Below, piece by piece: positions 58,601 through 64,000 of a stretch of DNA of 64,000 bases (positions are counted from its first letter, which is position 1; the number at the start of each line of letters is the position of its first letter). The notes beneath the pieces were generated by a model. The model had not been told where the DNA came from. It made no database searches and saw only the letters and a program-made list of their open reading frames with translations. The DNA is from an uncultured Selenomonadales bacterium (GTDB taxonomy: Bacteria > Bacillota > Clostridia > Christensenellales > QALW01). Where the stretch lies: the NCBI GenBank assembly GCA_905200615.1, contig CAJKLB010000005.1, positions 1,449 through 65,448 of the forward strand, in the 5' to 3' direction. The position numbers were made by a program, and so were the translations under genes.

Positions 58601-60035
58601 GCTGTTCGCCGCGGAGGATCTGACGGCGGCAGACGGCTCGGTGATCCCGAAAGACGGATTGCTGGAAATCGCAAACTGTGCGGAAAACGGTAAGGCGGTG
58701 TTTCAAACCGACATCCCCGCCGGCGCAAAACTCTATGTCAAGGAAATCGCCGCAGAGGAACACTATCTCATTTCGGACGAAAAATATCCTGTGGAATTTG
58801 TGTATGCGGGACAGGATACCTCCGTTGTGGAAATCAAGGCCAACGGCGGCGAAGCGATTGAAAACGACCTCATCTACGGGAATATTAAGGGCATGAAAGT
58901 TGACCGTGAAACAGAAGAACCCGTTGCGGGCGCTCTGTTCGGTTTGTTCCGTCCGGACGAAACCGAATTTACGGAAAAAACCGCCCTGCTCACCGCGGAA
59001 TCCCAGCCGGACGGCGTCTTCACATTTGAGCAAATCCCTTACGGAAACTGGCTCATCAAGGAGCTGCGCCCTGCGGAGTCCTTCCTCCCGAATGAAGAAA
59101 TCTATCCCGTAACCGTATCCGGGCATGAACAGGTCATCGAAATCACCGTAGTCAACGACCGCATTCCTGAGATCGGGACAACGGCGGCCGTGGATGGCGA
59201 AAAGGAAATCTGCGCAACCGAGGTATTCACCCTTACCGATACCGTATCGTACAAGCACCTGATCCCCGGTAAAGAGTATGTTCTCAAGGGCGTGCTGATG
59301 GATAAATCCACAGGCAAGCCGCTTGTGATTAACGGCGAAGAAATCCGTTCCGAAACGGTCTTTACACCCGATGCGCCCACAGGCGAAGCAATCGTGGAAT
59401 TCGTCTTTGATTCCAAATATATCAAGGAAGATACCGGCATTGTGGTGTTTGAAAGCCTGTATAAAGACGGCAAAGAGCTCGCTGTCCATGCGGATATCGA
59501 AGACGAGGGACAGACCGTCAAGGTGAAAATCCCTGAAATCAGAACGCAGGCGACCGCAGACGGAAAGAAAGAAATCACGGCAAACAGCAGAGTGAAAATC
59601 GAGGATGTTGTATCCTACAACAATCTGACTCCCGGCAAGGAGTATACGGTAAAAGGTGTTCTTATGAACAAATCCACAGGAGAACCGCTGCTTGTTGACG
59701 GAGAAGAAATTCGCAGCTCTTTCACCTTTAAGCCCGATGCGCCGGACGGTGAAATTACCGTTACCTTTGTATTTGACGCATCAGAACTGACAAGTGCAGC
59801 CGACATTGTGGTATTTGAAAGTCTGTACCGTGACGATGTTGAAATCGCTGTCCATGCGGATATCGAGGACAAAGGTCAGACGGTGAAGATCACACCTCCT
59901 GTCCCTGATGTACCGCAAACCGGTGATGACTCAAATCTCGGCTTTTGGATCGGACTCGGTGCAGTAGCCGTGGGCGGTGCGGTTGCCTCTGCGATCATCC
60001 TCATGAAAAAGAAAAAGGATGATGATAATGAGTAA
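55659..60035 (+). CDS. Sortase-anchored surface adhesin: N-terminal thioester domain, multiple CnaB/SpaA-type Ig-like domains, two VaFE (T-Q ester) repeats, and a C-terminal PQTG sorting signal
   Basis: Signal peptide follows the GTG at 55659 (AGGAGG RBS). Thioester-domain motifs are CYCIEPG and TQLLIWE. The repeated ...VVFESLY.D..E.AVHADIED.GQTV units are present. The end is VPQTGDDSN plus a TM helix plus KKKKDD. Confidence 0.85.
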   Translation: MKTKKFKRIMSLFLAALMCVTTLAGLGTTAYAAEETDEVYLVSFPRDGDDNYSREWGHGSHEFMNGWSTDGSRYTSVYAMGSYTGNICYCIEPGVTLKTGDRFTKKGENFWDNYPSSYNKTITPDDIKLFIGRIMQYGYTGTISTSWRSQNEGGDKLAHAVATQLLIWETVVGERDEDFNKASTGGKDAILEQISADHPLRSKIMSYYNSIAASVQKHSKLPSFFSKSTGKAQNIELEWDGEQYTATLTDKNNVLSDYSFSAGTSGIRFSVNGNKLTITADKAPGSTVTITAEKKNSQRRGVITWTDGVYGPNGELQDTVTYAQSVNDPVKGYLNIKVSQGSAKIIKTSEDGKVDGISFRIQGNGIDQIVQTKNGGQIQVDHLNPGVYTVTEQTENKYEPQESRRVTVVSGQTATVTFNNVLKRGDLKVVKTAEDNMAEGVKFHLYGTSLSGLAVDEYAVTDASGTAVFEDVLISGSTPYTLEEVDTDIKYVVPEKQTAAIEWNKVTNKSFHNILKKWSLTVTKSDSEKGLPQGDASLAGAKYGVFNGGQLMDVYETDRNGQFTTKSYVCGNDWSLREIEPSEGYLLNTESLHIGAEAKLYTAEFSLTAPLDSYETVKKGKIAVIKHCDDGETQLETPEEGAEFEVFLKSAGSYADAEETERDILVCDSYGFAESKLLPYGIYTVKQTKGWDGRELMPAFDVFVSENNEVYRYLINNATFESLIEIVKKDAETGRVIPAAGVGFKVRNTDTGEYIVQHINYPTPVDIDTYYTDSTGKLMMPEPLGFGNYELIEQCSAYGYVLDSTPVPFKVDGTQATVVVEKHNTPQKGTITVGKAGDVFSSVTETDGVYQPVYDNAGLAGAVYEVYADEDIVTLDGTVRAEKDALVAIIETGSDGFGTSIPLYLGNYRIVEKTAPYSMVLNQEAKFAELTYAGENVEVTSAEVSFCNERQRAEISLSKILEQNELFGIGGNGEILSVQFGLFAAEDLTAADGSVIPKDGLLEIANCAENGKAVFQTDIPAGAKLYVKEIAAEEHYLISDEKYPVEFVYAGQDTSVVEIKANGGEAIENDLIYGNIKGMKVDRETEEPVAGALFGLFRPDETEFTEKTALLTAESQPDGVFTFEQIPYGNWLIKELRPAESFLPNEEIYPVTVSGHEQVIEITVVNDRIPEIGTTAAVDGEKEICATEVFTLTDTVSYKHLIPGKEYVLKGVLMDKSTGKPLVINGEEIRSETVFTPDAPTGEAIVEFVFDSKYIKEDTGIVVFESLYKDGKELAVHADIEDEGQTVKVKIPEIRTQATADGKKEITANSRVKIEDVVSYNNLTPGKEYTVKGVLMNKSTGEPLLVDGEEIRSSFTFKPDAPDGEITVTFVFDASELTSAADIVVFESLYRDDVEIAVHADIEDKGQTVKITPPVPDVPQTGDDSNLGFWIGLGAVAVGGAVASAIILMKKKKDDDNE
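59163..59894 (+). repeat. Tandem duplication of a 366-nt (122-aa) VaFE-type domain unit inside the adhesin gene (59163-59528 and 59529-59894)
   Basis: Aligned by eye at the protein level. The units are diverged but clearly homologous. Confidence 0.85.
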
Positions 60036-60191
60036 CCGAAAAAAGATGGTAGTGAAGCGGAGCCGTTGCAGCCGCGCTTGCAAGGATGCAGGCGGAGCAA
60101 ACGAGTCTTTTTTTGGAGAGGAGGAGCAGCGGCGAGAGCGAGTTTTTCGCCATAAGGCGGAAACGAGCGTTTCAAAGCTTGCGACGACGAA

Positions 60192-60533
60192 ATGATGAAA
60201 AAGGTGTATATCTGCTCTCCCCTCGGTGGTAATGTAGAGGAAAATCTGCGTAAAGTCAGACGGTACACCAAATATGCATTGCTGTGCGGCACGGCTCCGG
60301 TCGTGCCGCATTTCTATGCGCTCTGCCTTGATGACAGCATCCCCAAAGAGAGAGAAATCGGCATAGCGGCAGGACTGTCGCTTTTGTGGTTCTGTGATGA
60401 AATGTGGCTCTTCGGTGATGAGGTGACCGAGGGTATGGCTGCTGAAATACAATTCTGCAAAAACCTCAATGTGACAATCCGAAAGGTTCGGGAAAATGAA
60501 ATCAACAAAGTGTTAGGAGGAAAAGGCCGATGA
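60192..60533 (+). CDS. Small nucleoside 2-deoxyribosyltransferase-like (DUF4406-like) protein
   Basis: KKVYICSPLGG... Rossmann-like start and size. The family name is from memory. Confidence 0.4.
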   Translation: MMKKVYICSPLGGNVEENLRKVRRYTKYALLCGTAPVVPHFYALCLDDSIPKEREIGIAAGLSLLWFCDEMWLFGDEVTEGMAAEIQFCKNLNVTIRKVRENEINKVLGGKGR

Positions 60534-60862
60534 AAAAGAAATGGACAAGACTTCTTGTCTGTGCCGCTGTAGTGGCGCTAATTGTTACTGTTTCCGCCGT
60601 GCCTGTCTTTGCTGCAGGCGATGTGGCGGGAGCGATTGAAAACACATGGACGCAGGCACAGACGCAGATCAAAACAGTGGTCAACAATGTGGTGTTCCCC
60701 GTGGTGGACATGATCCTTGCGATCCTGTTTTTCGTGAAGGTCGGCACGGCATATTTTGAATACCGCAAGCACGGGCAGTTTGAATTTGCCGCGCCCTGTA
60801 TTTTGTTCGCCTGCCTCATTTTCACGCTGACCGCGCCGCTGTATATATGGACGATTCTCTAA
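60530..60862 (+). CDS. Putative T4SS pilin-like (TrbC/VirB2-like) membrane protein
   Basis: Signal peptide plus two hydrophobic helices. Lies directly upstream of the TrbL-like gene, with a 4-nt overlap to the upstream gene. Confidence 0.45.
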   Translation: MKKKWTRLLVCAAVVALIVTVSAVPVFAAGDVAGAIENTWTQAQTQIKTVVNNVVFPVVDMILAILFFVKVGTAYFEYRKHGQFEFAAPCILFACLIFTLTAPLYIWTIL

Positions 60863-60902
60863 CCGATAGAACAGAGCCGTCCCGAAAAAACGGGGCGGCT
60901 GA

Positions 60903-61853
60903 TTGGAGGTGAATCGCTTGTTTGATTGGTTAGGAGATATCTTCTCCGGTATCGGCGACGCCATTGGCGGCGTGTTCGACTTTTTAGGAGAGCAAATATC
61001 CAATGTAATCTGGAACACGATGCTGAAATGGATGTACGAAACCATCTACAACGCCGTAGCCGATTTTTTCAGCATGATGGGCAATATGGGCGCAGATATC
61101 TTTGACCTTGACTGGATTCAGGCGACCATCAAACTCTTCACGCTGTTCGGCTGGGCGCTCTTTGTTGCAGGTGTGGTTGTCGCCATATTTGATGTGGCGA
61201 TTGAGTATCAGCACGGCAGAGCAGATATCAAGTCAACGGCTGTCAATATCTTAAAAGGCTTCTTCGCCTGCTCGCTCATCGGCATTGTGCCGGTGGAACT
61301 GTACAAGTTCTGTATCAGCCTGCAAAACACCTTCTCCCACGACCTGTCGGCGCTCTTTGCAGGCGGACGAACCCTCGACCTTGCGGGAGAAAGCACCAGC
61401 GTTCTGCAGGGCAGCTTTGCAGTCAGCACCAATATTCAGATGAATCTGTTTAACATCCTTGCGCTGATTGCCTTTGCCTACTGCGTAGTCAAGATATTTT
61501 TTGCGAACATTAAACGCGGCGGCATCCTGCTCATTCAGATGGCGGTGGGAGCGCTGTATATGTTCTCTGTGCCGAGAGGCTATCAGGACGGATTTAATCA
61601 GTGGATGAAGCAGATTGCGGCACTGTGCCTCACGGCATTTATGCAGACTTCGCTGCTGTTTTTGGGATTGCTGACATTCCCCGGCAATATGCTGTTAGGG
61701 CTTGGCATCATGCTTGCGGCCAACGAGGTGCCGAGAATTGCCCAGCAGTTCGGATTGGATTCAAGCGTGAGAGTCAACATGATGAGCGTTGTTCACGCAA
61801 CGACCACTGCGGTCAATCTGACGCGTTCAGTTGCCAGAGCAGCAGGAAGATAA
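60903..61853 (+). CDS. TrbL/VirB6-like conjugal transfer membrane protein (start ambiguous: TTG 60903, GTG 60909 or TTG 60918)
   Basis: Polytopic 310-aa protein in a T4SS context. Confidence 0.5.
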   Translation: MEVNRLFDWLGDIFSGIGDAIGGVFDFLGEQISNVIWNTMLKWMYETIYNAVADFFSMMGNMGADIFDLDWIQATIKLFTLFGWALFVAGVVVAIFDVAIEYQHGRADIKSTAVNILKGFFACSLIGIVPVELYKFCISLQNTFSHDLSALFAGGRTLDLAGESTSVLQGSFAVSTNIQMNLFNILALIAFAYCVVKIFFANIKRGGILLIQMAVGALYMFSVPRGYQDGFNQWMKQIAALCLTAFMQTSLLFLGLLTFPGNMLLGLGIMLAANEVPRIAQQFGLDSSVRVNMMSVVHATTTAVNLTRSVARAAGR

Positions 61854-61941
61854 CAAAAGAAGCAAACTTTCTGTGAAATATGGATTTTCCTCTTGATATT
61901 ATTTCGGTATGCCGATATAATAATAGTGAGAGGTGATTCCT

Positions 61942-62364
61942 ATGGTAATAGACAGTCTGCTCAAGAAGCGGAATATGACAAAATACCGATTGGCAGTTGA
62001 AGCAGGCATTCCCCACGCTACGCTCAATGATATTTGCAGCGGAAAAACAAAGCTGGAAAAATGCTCTGCCGAAACGATATATAAACTGGCGAAGGCTTTG
62101 GACGTTTCAATGGAAATGCTGACCGAAAGCGGCATACGGGCGGCTGAACGTGAGCGCTCGTTTGAACACGGTTTGCCGGATTATCTCCAGCACGATCTGG
62201 ATGCATACAAGGAGGGGCTGAAAATCAACTCCTCCATTCTCGACTGCCTGTGGGGAGAGCTTTACGGCAGCATCAATCTGGCGGAAATCAGCGAAGGTGT
62301 GATTACGCCGGAACACGCTGATTACCTCAGACAAAAATATTTATGGAAAGGAGCAGGAGCATGA
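61942..62364 (+). CDS. HTH (XRE-type) protein with a C-terminal extension of about 75 aa. Putative antitoxin or regulator of the downstream kinase.
   Basis: RNMTKYRLAVEAGIPHATLNDICSGKTKLEKCSAETIYKLAKAL. Its stop overlaps the kinase start (ATGA). Confidence 0.65.
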   Translation: MVIDSLLKKRNMTKYRLAVEAGIPHATLNDICSGKTKLEKCSAETIYKLAKALDVSMEMLTESGIRAAERERSFEHGLPDYLQHDLDAYKEGLKINSSILDCLWGELYGSINLAEISEGVITPEHADYLRQKYLWKGAGA

Positions 62365-63290
62365 CAGAAGGGATTGACTTTACAAACTGCCCTCGTATAT
62401 TTGACCGGGCATATAACGGAGCGAATGGCAAGAAAATTGCCGTGGAATACGACGGCAGACCATATATGCTCAAGTTTCCGCCGTCCGGCGAAGGAAAGCC
62501 AACTGAGCTGTCCTATACCAATAGCTGCATCAGCGAACACATTGCCAGCAGTATTTTTAATATGCTTGGCATCAAGGCGCAGGAAACCATGCTGGGGACA
62601 TTTACAGTAAACGGCAGGGAGAAAATCGTCTGCGCCTGTCTTGACTTCACCGAGGACGGGAAGAAGTTTTACGATTTCTGCTCCATCAAAAACACCGTTT
62701 TGGATTCCGATTCCAACGGCAGCGGTACGGAGCTTGAAGATATTTTGGAAGCCATTGAAAAACAGCAGTATGTTGATCCTGTCCTCTTAAAGAAACACTT
62801 TTGGGAGATGTTTGCCGCAGACGCATTGCTCGGCAACTTCGACCGTCATAACGGCAACTGGGGCTTTTTATATGATCCGAAGAATAAACAGCGTGAGATC
62901 GCGCCGGTTTATGACTGCGGAAGCTGTTTGCTGCCGCAGGCCGATGACGCAGTTATGCAGGCGGTACTGACCGATAAAGAAGCGTTGAATCTGCGGATTT
63001 ACCGGTTTCCGACTTCGGCAATTAAACTGAACGGGAACAAAATCAATTACTATGATTTTCTTTCAAGCGCCGAATATGAGGACTGCAATCGGGCGGTAAG
63101 GTATATTTATGAACGTGCCGATATGAACAAGATCAGCGCATTTATTGACGGAGTGCCGTATATCTCCGATTTGCAAAAGGAGTTTTATAAGCGGTATATT
63201 GCGGCAAGACGGGATTTGATCCTTCGTCCCGTCTTTGAAATGACAGAGCTGACCGAAACGCAGCAAGCCGGACCGACAATGTCCCTGTAA
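62361..63290 (+). CDS. Short HipA-like Ser/Thr kinase (HipA C-terminal kinase core only, about 309 aa)
   Basis: Catalytic motif ALLGNFDRHNGNWGF. Downstream APVYDCGSCL. An AAAGGAG RBS is present. Confidence 0.75.
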   Translation: MTEGIDFTNCPRIFDRAYNGANGKKIAVEYDGRPYMLKFPPSGEGKPTELSYTNSCISEHIASSIFNMLGIKAQETMLGTFTVNGREKIVCACLDFTEDGKKFYDFCSIKNTVLDSDSNGSGTELEDILEAIEKQQYVDPVLLKKHFWEMFAADALLGNFDRHNGNWGFLYDPKNKQREIAPVYDCGSCLLPQADDAVMQAVLTDKEALNLRIYRFPTSAIKLNGNKINYYDFLSSAEYEDCNRAVRYIYERADMNKISAFIDGVPYISDLQKEFYKRYIAARRDLILRPVFEMTELTETQQAGPTMSL

Positions 63291-63356
63291 CAAAATATTT
63301 TGCACAGAGCCATCGCAGCATTGCGGTGGCTTTTTGTATAGCAACGAGGTGAGAAT

Positions 63357-63740
63357 TTGAAAGAAAACAACGAGCTTGAAAGAGCCGATATTGCTGTCGA
63401 CCGCGATATGGAAGTAGACTGCGACATCGGTCAGGAAATCACCTGTTATATTGAAACATGGTTCGATGTAGATAAGAAATTCGGATTGAATATCGCAGAT
63501 GAGGACGGGACATGGCTGAATCTATACGGCAAATACAATCCCTTTGAAGATACGCTTCGCATCGAATGCGAGATCAGCCGGGATAACGGAAGTGAATATT
63601 TTGACTATCAGCCCACCGACAGCGAGGCACAGCTCCTCAAGGAAATGATTGCAGATAAAATCCGTGAGGAATACCATCAGACGCCGCAGGAATTCTGCGG
63701 CGATACACAAAGCGAAACGATGACGATGGGAGGAATGTAA
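63357..63740 (+). CDS. Small acidic hypothetical protein (127 aa, TTG start)
   Basis: A GAGGTGA RBS precedes the TTG. Composition is D/E-rich. Confidence 0.4.
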   Translation: MKENNELERADIAVDRDMEVDCDIGQEITCYIETWFDVDKKFGLNIADEDGTWLNLYGKYNPFEDTLRIECEISRDNGSEYFDYQPTDSEAQLLKEMIADKIREEYHQTPQEFCGDTQSETMTMGGM

Positions 63741-64000
63741 GTGACACAGTATCTGTACCCGCAGAACTTAAAAGCCACAGCAAACCTGTGGCTGTGGGGA
63801 CTGCGGGATTTTTGTATTCTCGGCATTGCCGCGCTGCTATCCATTGTGGCGCTGGTGCAGCTTCGGATCGTAATTCCTGCTGCCGCCACGCTCTGTTATG
63901 GCTTTTTGACTATCCGTCTGGACGATACGACCATACTGGATTTTATGAAATACGCCGTGCGGTACTTTATATCTACCCAACAATACTACGAATGGAGGTA
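63741..64000 (+). CDS. PrgI-family (VirB3-like) T4SS membrane protein, 3' end outside the window
   Basis: GTG start directly after the upstream stop. LWLWGLRDFCILGIAALLS... resembles the PrgI family as recalled from memory. Confidence 0.5.
   Translation, partial: MTQYLYPQNLKATANLWLWGLRDFCILGIAALLSIVALVQLRIVIPAAATLCYGFLTIRLDDTTILDFMKYAVRYFISTQQYYEWR

Larger units (their letters stand above)
48760..64000 (+). mobile_element. Left arm of an integrative conjugative element (Firmicutes ICE type). It continues beyond the window.
   Basis: Co-directional ICE-typical genes: DUF4314, orphan MTases, DUF1281/LPD28, DUF3789, an LPXTG-type adhesin, and TrbL-like and PrgI-like T4SS proteins. Confidence 0.75.

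Noticed and set aside
58365-59489. 374-aa ORF antisense to the adhesin gene
   Set aside because: Same reasoning as the previous entry. It is a mirror-frame artefact of biased codon usage.
60046-60195. 49-aa ORF (MVVKRSRCSRACKDAGG...) in the adhesin/DUF4406 intergenic region, ending in an ATGA overlap with the next gene
   Set aside because: It has no convincing RBS and no recognisable family. The ATGA overlap is suggestive but not enough.

Overview
This window looks like a Clostridia-type (Firmicutes) chromosome segment with five parts. (1) 1-12.7 kb holds mixed housekeeping and accessory genes. These are the proS 3' end, a lone Na+-decarboxylase beta subunit, a membrane-anchored coiled-coil GIY-YIG protein divergent from an XRE regulator, an SNF-family symporter, an LCP protein, an orphan ParA, an SPFH/zinc-ribbon/TM2 membrane operon, and hom. 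(2) 12.8-28.4 kb is the complete, ordinary S10-spc-alpha ribosomal protein supercluster on the minus strand (rpsJ through rplQ, including secY, adk, map, a KOW protein, infA, rpmJ and rpoA). (3) 28.7-38.8 kb is metabolic. It contains a malic enzyme, a MATE exporter, and a rare-sugar (allose-like) cluster with a ROK kinase fused to a ribulose-phosphate 3-epimerase, a Zn-dehydrogenase, RpiB and an AraC regulator. (4) 39.4-48.2 kb is a compact single-operon phage-like packaging and head cluster running from terS to a LysM protein. It has no integrase, regulator, replication, long-tail or lysis genes, and it abuts a tandem tRNA-Ser pair (48498-48698). (5) From about 48.8 kb to the window end is the left arm of an integrative conjugative element. 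It carries orphan Dcm and Dam methylases, DUF4314, DUF1281/LPD28, AbrB-fold and SpoVG proteins, a thioester/CnaB/VaFE sortase-anchored adhesin, T4SS membrane components, and an embedded HTH plus short HipA-like kinase pair. The most unusual items are the tail-less, integrase-less capsid operon, the HipA-like module inside the T4SS genes, the GIY-YIG/XRE pair and the kinase-epimerase fusion. No CRISPR array or rRNA was seen. All functional calls come from motif recognition by eye, and no database search was run.
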